Shown: positions 8,741 to 18,354 of the stretch, piece by piece
How positions within the stretch are numbered: the stretch's first letter is position 1
How the letters are laid out: each line of letters opens with the position of its first letter
Assembly (NCBI GenBank): GCA_964505005.1
Contig: CAZDFQ010000001.1
Location: forward strand, 50,458-114,457
Direction of reading: 5' to 3'
Origin: an uncultured Candidatus Saccharibacteria bacterium
GTDB taxonomy: Bacteria; Patescibacteriota; Minisyncoccia; UBA6257; 2-01-FULL-56-20
Length of the DNA: 64,000 nt
Program-made: the position numbers and the translations under genes
Notes under the pieces: model-generated
The model's database searches: none
What the model was told of the DNA's origin: nothing
The model's input: the letters and a program-made list of their open reading frames with translations, nothing else

Positions 8741-10897
8741 TTATTGCTCGCCGGCTATTTTTTTAAGCGATTCGTTTATCGCCTGACGGAGTTCTTCGAT
8801 GTTCACTTTTTCCGGATGTTCTTTTGGTTTAGCCAAATAATCTTTTACGATATTCAGATGATTGGGGAAGAAGTCGGCTAGCGAAGTTATCTCTTCGGCT
8901 GTAAAAACTTTTATTTCTTCACCTTCATCGCCGATTTTCTTGAGTGGCGGCAGTTCCGGAAGCTCGGCCTTAAAAAACATTATCGTATGGTTGCCTTTCT
9001 CATTTTCATAAATCATCTTCAAGTTCTCGGGCTTTAACAAAATCCCGGTTTCTTCTTCAATTTCTCTGATGGCTGCTTGTTCGGCAGTTTCTTCTCCTTT
9101 GCTTCGGCCGCCGGGCAGTTTCCAGTAATTGGGCGTTGGTTTCTTCGGGTCTTTTATCAAAGGGACTCCTTCGGGAGTGATAATCAAGACCGCCACGCTG
9201 GCGCCCTTCACCTTTTTGCGTTCGGTTTGCGAAAGTGAAGCCAAGGAAATTCTTTCTTTGCCTTTCGGAGCAGCTGGCGAAACTTCTTCAAGACGTTTAA
9301 CTGGCTTCCGAAATTCAAATTCAATACCCAGATTAGCCAAATCATAAGCAAATTCCTCGGCCAGTTTCTTTTCCGCTTTTTTAGCTGAAACCGGCTGGAG
9401 TTTACCGGCTTGAATTTTGGCCAGGCATTCGTCGCAATAAACCGGCCGGCCCTTTTGGGGTTCGAACGGAACCTTGGTCGATTTCCCGCAGATTGAGCAA
9501 ACAGCCGGATACATTCTGGCCGTAGTTGGTTCAGCCAGCATCCCGCTCCAGCGGTTGATTTCTTCTTCGACCATTTCGCTGGGTCGGGCATAGATTTTCC
9601 TCGAGGTTTCAATGATGCGCCCGGCGATTTCCGGAGAGCCGGCGACTTTGAAGGGCGGCAGGGTTTTTGCCGAAAAAGGACGGCAGGTGATGCCGTTGAC
9701 CATTAACTTTAAATAGACGCTGAAATTGGGCAGATTGACCATATCCTGAATCACGAATTCCGGCTCGAATTCTTTTTCGAGATAATCGGCGTCAGCCGCG
9801 CCTATCCGGAAGAGCACCATAGTGCCGACATTGCCGAAAACCGCGTCGCGAACCCGGGTGGAAACGTCGGTGATGAGCTGACCGATGTACTGGTGGGCCA
9901 CAATGAGATTCAGCCGGTATTTTCTCGCTTCGGAAAGAATGCCGGCGAACGAGTCCGTGGCAAAATTCTGGAACTCGTCAACATAAAGATAGAAATCAGC
10001 GCGTTCGTCTTCGGGAATTCTCACCCGTTCCATTGCCGAAAGCTGAATTTTGGTAATCAGCATCGCGCCCAAAAGCGAAGAATTGTCCTCGCCGATTCTT
10101 CCCTTGGACACGTTGACCAGAAGAATTTTTTTGGAATTCATTATCTCGAAAATGTCAATCGTGCTTTTCTCCTGGCCGACAATGTTTCGAATCATGGCCG
10201 TGGAAAGGAACTGGCCGACTTTGTTCTGAATCGGGGCAATGGCTTCGTTGCGGAACTGGTCCCGCCACTGCTCGTACTCGTTCACCCAAAAGGCCTTGAT
10301 GACCGGGTCTTTGACATTGGCAATAATTTTCTGCCGGTAATCCTTGTCAACCAGAATCCGGTTGATGCCGAGCAGGGTCGAGCCGGGATTTTCCAAAAGC
10401 GCCAGCACCGCATTGTTCAGAATGTATTCCATTCGGGCTGACCAGACATTGGCCCAGATTTTCGTGAAAATGCCCATCAAACCCGAAGCCACCAGATGTT
10501 TGTATTTCGGGTCTGGCAATTCAAGAATGTTAAAACCGATGTGGAAATCCGGGTCAGCCGGATTGAAATAAATCACATCCTTGGCCCGTTCCTCGGGAAT
10601 TTTCTGGAGCAACCCCTCAACCAGTTCGCCGTGCGGGTCGATGACGCAGACGCCTTCGCCGTTAGCGATGTCCTGAACAATCATATTGTTGAGAAGCGCG
10701 GTCTTGCCGGTGCCGGTTTTGCCGACGACATACATATGCTGCCGGCGGTCGTTCCGTTTGATGCCGAACAACTGGTTGGTGTTCCGGAAATCGGTTCGGG
10801 CGAAATAAACAACGTTTTTTTGGATGTCAGCGGTCATCGGAGTATGCGAAAGCCTTAACGAATAGGCACACTCGAAATTAAATTTATAATAACACAA
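8741..10897 (-). CDS. VirD4/TraD-like (FtsK/HerA superfamily) P-loop ATPase fused to a CxxC zinc ribbon and a C-terminal NUDIX hydrolase domain
   Basis: 718 aa; Walker A HMYVVGKTGTGKTALL; DEFQNF and AHQ motifs of T4SS coupling-protein-like ATPases; CSICGK...YCDEC zinc ribbon; NUDIX box GGRSKGEETAEQAAIREIEEETG near the C-terminus (coordinates ~8900-9100). Probable true start at internal M21 (MTADIQ..., ~10837). Confidence 0.8.
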   Translation of the reverse strand: MCYYKFNFECAYSLRLSHTPMTADIQKNVVYFARTDFRNTNQLFGIKRNDRRQHMYVVGKTGTGKTALLNNMIVQDIANGEGVCVIDPHGELVEGLLQKIPEERAKDVIYFNPADPDFHIGFNILELPDPKYKHLVASGLMGIFTKIWANVWSARMEYILNNAVLALLENPGSTLLGINRILVDKDYRQKIIANVKDPVIKAFWVNEYEQWRDQFRNEAIAPIQNKVGQFLSTAMIRNIVGQEKSTIDIFEIMNSKKILLVNVSKGRIGEDNSSLLGAMLITKIQLSAMERVRIPEDERADFYLYVDEFQNFATDSFAGILSEARKYRLNLIVAHQYIGQLITDVSTRVRDAVFGNVGTMVLFRIGAADADYLEKEFEPEFVIQDMVNLPNFSVYLKLMVNGITCRPFSAKTLPPFKVAGSPEIAGRIIETSRKIYARPSEMVEEEINRWSGMLAEPTTARMYPAVCSICGKSTKVPFEPQKGRPVYCDECLAKIQAGKLQPVSAKKAEKKLAEEFAYDLANLGIEFEFRKPVKRLEEVSPAAPKGKERISLASLSQTERKKVKGASVAVLIITPEGVPLIKDPKKPTPNYWKLPGGRSKGEETAEQAAIREIEEETGILLKPENLKMIYENEKGNHTIMFFKAELPELPPLKKIGDEGEEIKVFTAEEITSLADFFPNHLNIVKDYLAKPKEHPEKVNIEELRQAINESLKKIAGEQ

Positions 10898-10931
10898 AAT
10901 AGAAAATTAGAACAGCTCTACATAATAATAT

Positions 10932-12677
10932 TTAAGCCACCTCGTTATTGTAACAGCTTTCGCAATAAACATTTTTATATTTGTCAGGATTAAAAGTTAA
11001 TTTTATATCAACTCCGCATCTTGGGCATTTTCGGTCGTAAAATTTCAGACGCAAATCATAAATTTCCCGAAAGTATTGCAACCGGACAAGAGGGTGTTCT
11101 CTCGGCAATGCCAGATTATAGCGGCGATAGAATGAAAGTTCGTAGGAGGTCATCTTGAAATACTTATTGTTCTTTTCGTCGAAAATCGTTTTTCCCAAAA
11201 TGTCATCGGGTGCATCTTTAATGTCCGCCGGCAGTTCTGTTGATTTTATAATCTCACTTTGTACTTCGCTTTCTTGTAGAGGAATTTCGGATATGTCATA
11301 ACCATAACGACCGGCGTTTTCATAATCACGGAAACCTGGATAGCCAGCCGCCAAAGAAATTTTATAGGGGACAGATACAAGCTTAGGCGGGAAAAATTCG
11401 CCGTATTCGCTACTGCCAAGCATAGTAGATTTTATTTTGTCCACTAATTTCCAGTATTCATCCTCGTCATATTGCTTATTCAAAATACAAAATGATTTAT
11501 TGTTCAGGCCGATGCACCCGAAAATATCGTGGCAATTGCGACAGAGTTCGGAATATTCCGCGTTGCGGCAGTTATCCATTTGAAACGAGAAATGAACGTT
11601 GTAATTATCTCTCGTGCTGACAGTCATTAATTCATAACACAACTCCCCGCCCCCGCCGCCACTCACATCGTAAGAATCTTTATAGCCTAAGACACCGATG
11701 GTGTAGTTCACGTTTTGACACTCAGTGACATAATTGCACCAGTAACAATCTTTGGAATTCTCGATGTAATCGCCGACCGAATTGACCGAACGGAAATTGC
11801 GGTCCGGCTTATGAAGCGCCTCGCTTTTTATTTTTTTGAATTCCTTAATATATCGCTGAAGAACGTTGTAATCTCCTAAATTAATCTCTTTTAATTTCTT
11901 CTCGTATTCTTCCTTAGAAAGTTGCTGATTGCGGAAGTAGTATTTCTTATTCCTTAAATTTGAGGACATAAAACAATGCTCGCAATTCCGACAATCATAA
12001 AGAAAATAGCTTTCCAGACAATCCCGCGATTGCTCACAGAAAAAACAGCGATAGGAGTTGAATAAATTCTGGCAGGCATAACAAGTATCGCAATTCCAAA
12101 GCGATTCGCAGTCCACGCAATCTTTGCTGGCGTCGCAACACTCAAAATAATAGAGATTTTCTCCGCTTAAGGTGTCGAAGGTGAGATAACAATTTTTCAG
12201 ATTGGTTGAGGTATTGGTGTAGTCGCTGTTAATATTAGTTGTATCGGTCATAAGATTGGACCTGGGAACTTCGCGGCGCAACTTCTCGAACTGGCTCATA
12301 AAATTTTTGCTCTCGTCCCAGTTTCTTCCAAATCCCAGCGGGTCCCATTTGTCCGAAAACCAAACTTGATGTTCATATATTTTAAAAGGCGTTTGCGGGG
12401 GATAGGCAGCAATTATTAACTCTCCAGAATAAGCTGAGGGGACTTTAAAAAGTGAATGGACGTCCATGTTCGCAAGGCGTCTGCGGCAACGCTCTGCCGG
12501 ACTCAAAGTCGGCAGCGGCACGCGGATTCTTTTGTAGAATTGAATATCCTCGAGCCGGACATAGAATTTCTCGCCGGAAAACCGGCAGGTGCGCCACTGC
12601 CCGCCTTTTTCATCCAAAACTAAACTGGCAAAATATTTATCCAGGGCCTTATCAAATTGCGGCGTCTTAGAAATCAT
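10932..12677 (-). CDS. cysteine-rich repeat protein with C-terminal zinc ribbon (hypothetical)
   Basis: 581 aa; many degenerate repeats of the kind NCxxC/DCxxC (…CDASKDCVDCESLWNCDTCYACQNLFNSYRCFFCEQSRDC…) and terminal CPRCG...CESC; lies between two VirD4-like paralogs. Confidence 0.55.
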   Translation of the reverse strand: MISKTPQFDKALDKYFASLVLDEKGGQWRTCRFSGEKFYVRLEDIQFYKRIRVPLPTLSPAERCRRRLANMDVHSLFKVPSAYSGELIIAAYPPQTPFKIYEHQVWFSDKWDPLGFGRNWDESKNFMSQFEKLRREVPRSNLMTDTTNINSDYTNTSTNLKNCYLTFDTLSGENLYYFECCDASKDCVDCESLWNCDTCYACQNLFNSYRCFFCEQSRDCLESYFLYDCRNCEHCFMSSNLRNKKYYFRNQQLSKEEYEKKLKEINLGDYNVLQRYIKEFKKIKSEALHKPDRNFRSVNSVGDYIENSKDCYWCNYVTECQNVNYTIGVLGYKDSYDVSGGGGGELCYELMTVSTRDNYNVHFSFQMDNCRNAEYSELCRNCHDIFGCIGLNNKSFCILNKQYDEDEYWKLVDKIKSTMLGSSEYGEFFPPKLVSVPYKISLAAGYPGFRDYENAGRYGYDISEIPLQESEVQSEIIKSTELPADIKDAPDDILGKTIFDEKNNKYFKMTSYELSFYRRYNLALPREHPLVRLQYFREIYDLRLKFYDRKCPRCGVDIKLTFNPDKYKNVYCESCYNNEVA

Positions 12678-12759
12678 ACTTAAGATAAAATCCTAATTTC
12701 TAAACTCTAATTTCTAAATAATCCGCCGGGTGGCGGAAAATGACTAAACCCCAAAACTA
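12678..12759. repeat. composite palindromic intergenic repeat (family 1) with central CCGCCGGGTGGCGG hairpin
   Basis: aaatcctaatttctaaactctaatttctaaataatccgccgggtggcggaaaatgactaaacc. Confidence 0.7.
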
Positions 12760-15408
12760 TTAATGATTCTTTTGTCGCTTCAGCCACTCAGCGATATTTC
12801 GGCCGTCTCTTCTAGCCCAGGCGGCATTGGAGCGGATTTTTTCCAAAACCTGCTGAATGGTTCGTTGGGCGGCTGGCGCGGGATTTTTTCCGAAGAATCG
12901 CTCTATTTCCTCAGCGCATTTCTCGTCATTAAAATGGCTGAAAGGCCTGATTATTCTGGACAGAAGGTGCCCGCCGCCGCCATAAATCTTGAGGATTTTC
13001 CGCCAGTTAGCCTTCAGGAATTCCCAAGCCAATGGTCGGCTATGAGGATTGGCCAGCAAGCCAGCCATAAATTGAGGAAAATCCTGAGGCCGGACTTTCT
13101 CGCTCAAAGAAAACTCGAGGCAATCCCGAAGAAGGTTTTTATCCTGAAAACAAGTCAGCGCTCGGCCCAGCCGGTTTTTCTCTTCCTGAAGAACTTCTTC
13201 GACATATTTTCGTTTGAGGATTTTGTATTCGTGGGTCGAGCCGTTTTCAGCTGTCAGATTGTAAACCGCGCTTCGCAAATCAGGGTCAATATTTTTCCCG
13301 CTCGCAAACAACTTTTCGGCTTTTCCGATAGTGGCCGGATCGCCATAATGGCCGTAGTTCCGCAAAATCAAAGTTCGCAATAAGATTTTAGTATGACTGT
13401 CTTTGGGAGTTTTGCGCCAGCCGACTCTTTCAGCAATGCCTGAAAAAATCTCCCGGCCTAAGGCCTTATAATCTTCGTAGAATTTCTCACCGCTTAACAA
13501 AGAATCGAGCGTTTCCAAAGACGAAGCCATCTCGGTCCAAACCGGGTAATCAGTTTCGTTTTTATAAGCTAAGCTGAGCTCCAGAGCTTTGGTCGTCTCT
13601 AATTTGCCGGCTTCAGCCAAAGAAAAAGCGTCTCGGATTACCCCCAGGCGGTCAACCGTAGCCAATCTTTTCTTTTCAATCGGCTTGGTCAGCGCCGAAA
13701 GCAAATTCTCGGAGTAGGCCGTCCGGTAAACTCCGCTTTCAGCGGCGTTGAATTTCAGCCATTTGATTCGCGGTTCGATTAAAATTTTCCTCTTCTTGGC
13801 GAATAGGAACTTTTTCGGTTTGGCGCTTTTGTCGGTTATGAATTCAACGGGAATCGGCCAAGAGGACCTATAGGACTTATTGGTCTTATAGGCCCTACTG
13901 GAATAAAATCTTTCTTGTTTCAGCAACAATCGGCCGCCGCTTTCCCTAACGCTGACCAAAGGATAGCCGGCTTTCTGAGTCCAGGCCCTCATTATTTTCC
14001 TGACCGGCTGGCGGGAAATCTCTTCCAAAGCCAGCCATAAATCGTCAGTCGTGGCATTGGCATAGGCGTGCTTTTTCAGATAATGCCTTAGTCCTCGGCG
14101 GAAATTTTCTTCGCCCAATAAATTGGCCAGCATTTTTATCACCGCCGCGCCCTTGGAATAGCTGACCGCATCGAAAATCTCGCTGATTTCATTCGGATGA
14201 TGAACTTCGACCTCGATGGGATGGGTGTTTTGCAAAGCATCCAGCTCCAAAGCCTGACCCAGTTCCCGCCAGACAAACTGCGTCCAAATATCCCATTCAG
14301 GAAACAAATGGTCAATCGCCAGATACTCAACATAAGAAGCAAAGCCCTCGTTAAGCCAGAGATGAGTCCACCATTCCATGGTCACCAGGTTGCCGAACCA
14401 TTGATGAGCCAACTCGTGAGCGATGACCAGGGCCACCCATTGTTTATTAATTGTTGATGAATGGGCCGGGTCAACCAGCAGGGCGGATTCCCGATAAGTG
14501 ACCGCTCCCCAATTCTCCATGGCTCCAGCCGCAAAATCCGGAATGGCAATCAAGTCCAAAGCCGGCAAAGGATAAGGAATCCCGAAATAATCGCTGAAAA
14601 AAGAAAGGGTCTTAGCCGCGCACTCCAGAGCGAATTCGGCCTGATATTTCTTACCCGGCGTGGTGAACACTCTGACTTTTATCCCCTCTTTGGTTTTCTT
14701 CTCAATAGATTCAAAATCGCCGACAATGAAAGCCACCAGATAAGTTGACATTTTGGGAGTCGGCGCAAAGCGGACGATTTTATAACCTGATTGGTATTCT
14801 TTTATTTCAGTTTCAACCGTGTTGGAAATGGCGGTGGTGCAGCCGGGTATCAGTAAACTTATCTCGAAGACTGCTTTTTGAGCCGGTTCGTCGAAACAAG
14901 GGAAAGCGCGTCTCGCATCAGTGGCCTCGAACTGGGTGGTAGCAATGAATTTTTCTTTTCCCTGGTGCCAATAGCGGCTGCGGTAAAACCCCGCCATCTG
15001 GTCGTTTAAAAGGCCGCGAAACACCAATCTCAATCTGCCTTCCCCTTTTTTCAATGATTTAGGGAAAATAAAGCTAACGGTTTCTTTCCTGCTGTTATAG
15101 ATTATTTTTTTTGGAATAATTTCTTCGCCAGCTGAATGGAGAATGGCGCTTTCTATCTCAATGTCTTTTGAGTGGAGAGTAATTACTCTGACTGACTTTT
15201 CGATGTTCAACAAAATGGTTTCTTCGCCTTCGAAAGTAAAATTGTCCAAGTCCGGCTTCAGAAGCAGCTCGTATTTCTCCGGCTTGATGTGGCGGGCTAA
15301 TCGGATAGATTCGTTCATAGATAATAGTGGTTGACTTCTTGAGGAGCCGTATTCTCGCTTTGGCGCACCTGAAGAGTTTATGATATAATTTATTTTACTG
15401 TTCCCCAA
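12760..15408 (-). CDS. pepN: M1 family aminopeptidase N
   Basis: 882 aa; GAMENWG exopeptidase motif and HELAHQWFGNLVTMEWW...E zinc-binding motif; likely real start at internal MNESIRLA (~15318). Confidence 0.9.
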   Translation of the reverse strand: MGNSKINYIINSSGAPKREYGSSRSQPLLSMNESIRLARHIKPEKYELLLKPDLDNFTFEGEETILLNIEKSVRVITLHSKDIEIESAILHSAGEEIIPKKIIYNSRKETVSFIFPKSLKKGEGRLRLVFRGLLNDQMAGFYRSRYWHQGKEKFIATTQFEATDARRAFPCFDEPAQKAVFEISLLIPGCTTAISNTVETEIKEYQSGYKIVRFAPTPKMSTYLVAFIVGDFESIEKKTKEGIKVRVFTTPGKKYQAEFALECAAKTLSFFSDYFGIPYPLPALDLIAIPDFAAGAMENWGAVTYRESALLVDPAHSSTINKQWVALVIAHELAHQWFGNLVTMEWWTHLWLNEGFASYVEYLAIDHLFPEWDIWTQFVWRELGQALELDALQNTHPIEVEVHHPNEISEIFDAVSYSKGAAVIKMLANLLGEENFRRGLRHYLKKHAYANATTDDLWLALEEISRQPVRKIMRAWTQKAGYPLVSVRESGGRLLLKQERFYSSRAYKTNKSYRSSWPIPVEFITDKSAKPKKFLFAKKRKILIEPRIKWLKFNAAESGVYRTAYSENLLSALTKPIEKKRLATVDRLGVIRDAFSLAEAGKLETTKALELSLAYKNETDYPVWTEMASSLETLDSLLSGEKFYEDYKALGREIFSGIAERVGWRKTPKDSHTKILLRTLILRNYGHYGDPATIGKAEKLFASGKNIDPDLRSAVYNLTAENGSTHEYKILKRKYVEEVLQEEKNRLGRALTCFQDKNLLRDCLEFSLSEKVRPQDFPQFMAGLLANPHSRPLAWEFLKANWRKILKIYGGGGHLLSRIIRPFSHFNDEKCAEEIERFFGKNPAPAAQRTIQQVLEKIRSNAAWARRDGRNIAEWLKRQKNH

Positions 15409-15419
15409 TCAGAAGACCA

Positions 15420-15929
15420 ATGGCTGATGTCTTAAAAATAATCTTTGACCTCATCATCTGGATTTTCGTGCCGGTTATTTTAATAACCGTGATTTGGTTT
15501 TTGGCGTTTGCTTACAAAAGGACAGAAATCAAACGGCAAAAGTCCGCCCTGCAAGCTGGTTTCTGGGCCGGCCTGATGCTTTCCGTCATTTTCCTAATCT
15601 ATCAAGTAAATATTTTTTTGAAAATAGGCTTTCCGCAAAATGACATTTTCCAGGGGTTCAAGCTCTGGCTTTCACTGACCAGCGCGCTGGTTGTTTTTAT
15701 TCTAGCTCTTGGCGGCAAAAAAATTATTTCTCCGGCCTTAAGCGGCTGGCTGAATCTCCTCTTCACTTCAATAAGCTTATCGGCGTTCTTCCATTATATT
15801 TTTATCCGCACTTATAACGATGTCCTTCTTTCAGTTATTCTTGGCGCCGCTTTTGGTTTTCTGACGCACCTGGCGGCTTCGCCGTCGTCGCTAAAGGAAT
15901 TTTTCGGCCATCACCAATCGACGTTGTAA
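15420..15929 (+). CDS. hypothetical polytopic membrane protein
   Basis: 169 aa, ~4 hydrophobic helices; only plus-strand gene in a long minus-strand block. Confidence 0.45.
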   Translation: MADVLKIIFDLIIWIFVPVILITVIWFLAFAYKRTEIKRQKSALQAGFWAGLMLSVIFLIYQVNIFLKIGFPQNDIFQGFKLWLSLTSALVVFILALGGKKIISPALSGWLNLLFTSISLSAFFHYIFIRTYNDVLLSVILGAAFGFLTHLAASPSSLKEFFGHHQSTL

Positions 15930-16113
15930 AAATGCAAAATGACCCGCCCGCCTTGCTTCGCAACGCGAAGCGGGCAGGCAATTAAAAATGTCAAAAATGT
16001 TTAATTCCAAAATCCGACTTTAACATTTGGTAATTTTTCAATTTTGCCTTGTCATTTTGGATTTTTCCGCCAAAGGCGGATCAGCCTTGGGCTGAGATTT
16101 TTGATTTTTGAAT

Positions 16114-17559
16114 TTATATCAGCGGTTCCGGTTCTTCGGGGATTTTTTCTTTCTTTTTGCCTTCGATAATGGCTTTTTCTTGGAGCGTCCGGATGATACT
16201 GGCTTCTTCCTCGGCAATCAGTCTTTTCGCCGCCGCCACGGTCATGGTATATTTCTGCCGCGACTGCTCGATTATTCTTCTCCGATACGACTGATGAGCG
16301 GCGGGCAGAACCTTCAGTGTTTCGGCTGAAAACGGGTCGTAGGTCTCGCCGTCAATGGTCATCTTGATGTAAAACTCCTGAGTGGCGAGATTAATCATAT
16401 CTTTTATATCGAACACCGGCGCCATCTCCGGTTTGAGCTTTACGGCGTCATCGCCGCCGACCCGGAAAACAATAATGGCGCCGCTGTTGCCAAGCACCGC
16501 GGCTTGAACGCGCGGCAAAAGCTGCCCCAAGTATTGATGAGCCACGGTCATACAGATGCCGTATTTGCGGAGCTCGGTCAGCATATTTTCAAAAGTTTCG
16601 GTAACCAAGTTGTGGAACTCGTCCACATAAAGATAAAAATCCTCGCGTTCGGCTTCGGCTAAATTAGCTCTGGCCATGCCGGCCTGTTTTATTTTGGTTA
16701 TGAACATCGAACCGAAAAAGCTGGAATTCTCCTCGCCCAATCTCCCTTTGCAGAGATTTATCAGGATTAATTTTTTTTCATTTATAAATCTTTCCAACTC
16801 GATTTTATTTTCTTTTTGACCGAAGATGTTCCGAAGAAGGGGGTCGGAGAAAAACTGGCCGAGTTTATTGACCAGCGGGATAATGGCGTCGGTATCGAAT
16901 TTCTCCGACCAATCGGCAAATTCAATGGCCCAAAACCGGCGGACCATATCGTCTTCGATGTGTTCAATGACTTTCTGGCGGTAATTCCGGTCGGTCAATA
17001 TAGAAATCATTCCCCGCATGGTGGCCTGAGGATAATCAAGAAGCGCCAGAATCGTAAAACGAAACACATGCTCAAGTCGAGGCGTCCAGTTGGCGCCGAA
17101 CTGTCTTTCGACCACTTCAATCAAACCCTGAGCCAGTTGATGTTTAAACATCGGGTCAACATTGACCAACGGATTGAAAGAAACCGGATGCTCGACATCG
17201 CTCGGGTCAATCAAAACCACATCCTCAATCCTTTCCTCGGGAATAAAATCGAGAATGTTATTGATGGTATCGCCGTGAGGGTCAATCAAACAGAGACCGT
17301 GGCTGTAAGCAACATCCTGACGAACCAGAAGTTCCAAAAGCTTGGACTTACCGACTCCGCTTTTGCCGACAATATAAACATGCCGGCGCCGATCGCCTCT
17401 TTTGATGCCGAAAATAAATTTCTTTTCTTCGAGGGCCGCCACATAATTTGTCCGACCGATAAAAGAAACATCGGCCGGATTAACCCGACCGTACACCGGC
17501 AGTTCCGGCGGCGGCGGCGCATATTTTATGATTTGGATTCTTCCTTCCCGAGGAGCCAT
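16114..17559 (-). CDS. VirD4/TraD-like P-loop ATPase (paralog of the N-terminal 480 aa of 8741..10897)
   Basis: 481 aa; FGIKRGDRRRHVYIVGKSGVGKSKLL Walker A, DEFHNL, AHQ; collinear similarity to the 718-aa protein. Confidence 0.8.
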   Translation of the reverse strand: MAPREGRIQIIKYAPPPPELPVYGRVNPADVSFIGRTNYVAALEEKKFIFGIKRGDRRRHVYIVGKSGVGKSKLLELLVRQDVAYSHGLCLIDPHGDTINNILDFIPEERIEDVVLIDPSDVEHPVSFNPLVNVDPMFKHQLAQGLIEVVERQFGANWTPRLEHVFRFTILALLDYPQATMRGMISILTDRNYRQKVIEHIEDDMVRRFWAIEFADWSEKFDTDAIIPLVNKLGQFFSDPLLRNIFGQKENKIELERFINEKKLILINLCKGRLGEENSSFFGSMFITKIKQAGMARANLAEAEREDFYLYVDEFHNLVTETFENMLTELRKYGICMTVAHQYLGQLLPRVQAAVLGNSGAIIVFRVGGDDAVKLKPEMAPVFDIKDMINLATQEFYIKMTIDGETYDPFSAETLKVLPAAHQSYRRRIIEQSRQKYTMTVAAAKRLIAEEEASIIRTLQEKAIIEGKKKEKIPEEPEPLI

Positions 17560-17729
17560 ATCTTAAGAAAATCCTAATTTCTAAATCCTAAATTCTAAAT
17601 AATCTCAAATGTTCTAAATCAAAATAAAAAATATGTTTATAATTTTGGATTTTGGTCATTTGTCCGCCATCTGGCGGATTATTTAGAAATTAGATAAATT
17701 AGATATTAGGATTTAGGATTTTTTATTAT
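17560..17729. repeat. composite palindromic intergenic repeat (family 1) with central GTCCGCCATCTGGCGGA hairpin
   Basis: aatcctaatttctaaatcctaaattctaaataatctcaaat ... gtcatttgtccgccatctggcggattatttagaaattagataaattagatattaggatttagg. Confidence 0.7.
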
Positions 17730-18209
17730 TTATATCGCTCCGACTTCATTCAAGAAGGCTTCATAATCATCAAGGACTCGGGCCGCTTCCTCAGAAGAAA
17801 TTTGGAAATTCGGTTCATGGACAAGTTGATTGCGGAGGCGATGGGCCCGCCAGAGCCGTTCCAAAGTAGTGAAATCATCCGGAGATAATTGCTCTATTCT
17901 ATCAGCCATGTGCTGGCCTCTGATTCCCATACGGCGCATAATGTCGTCGGCGAAATTATCAGCTTCGATAACGGCCAGTTTTATCGACCCCGGCGACCCA
18001 GCCGCGGCTCTTTTCAAAATGGCTTCCCAACGTTCCTTTAAGGCGACGCTCCCGAGAGTGAATATTCTTTCTTCGGCTTTGAAGAATTTGAATCTTGGAT
18101 AGAATTCCCGACTGTTTACGAAAAGAAAAACCAAAAGACCAAAAATAATTAAGTCGGCGAGGATGAAAATTATTTTCAGAATATTGTAAAGAGAAGAAAA
18201 CCAATCCAT
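17730..18209 (-). CDS. hypothetical membrane-anchored protein (N-terminal TM; C-terminal RxxxxxxHE HEPN-like motif, weak)
   Basis: 159 aa; LYNILKIIFILADLIIFGLLVFLF TM; motif RAHRLRNQLVHE. Confidence 0.4.
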   Translation of the reverse strand: MDWFSSLYNILKIIFILADLIIFGLLVFLFVNSREFYPRFKFFKAEERIFTLGSVALKERWEAILKRAAAGSPGSIKLAVIEADNFADDIMRRMGIRGQHMADRIEQLSPDDFTTLERLWRAHRLRNQLVHEPNFQISSEEAARVLDDYEAFLNEVGAI

Positions 18210-18354
18210 AAAAATAATAAATCCTAAACCCGAAATCCTAATTTCTAAATAATCCGCCAGGTGGCGAACAAATGACCAAAATCCAAAATTAAAAAGTTTT
18301 TAGAATTTGAAATTAGAATTTTGAATTTGTTTAGGATTTAGAGATTAGAGATTT
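18210..18354. repeat. composite palindromic intergenic repeat (family 1) with central CGCCAGGTGGCG hairpin
   Basis: aatcctaaacccgaaatcctaatttctaaataatccgccaggtggcgaacaaatgaccaaaatcc... Confidence 0.7.

Noticed and set aside
16816-17577. 253-aa plus-strand ORF, and similar long antisense ORFs (1991..2377, 9893..10441, 24825..25472, 33171..33710, 49623..50549, 50864..51565)
   Set aside because: Each lies entirely antisense to a well-supported conserved gene (VirD4-like ATPase, murG, GH18, dnaK, rpsA, corA-like). Their translations are low-complexity with no motifs. Treated as shadow ORFs.
17730-18209. HEPN-domain toxin call for the 159-aa protein
   Set aside because: Only a single R-x6-HE stretch was seen. 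It is too weak without a profile search, so it is left as a hypothetical membrane-anchored protein.
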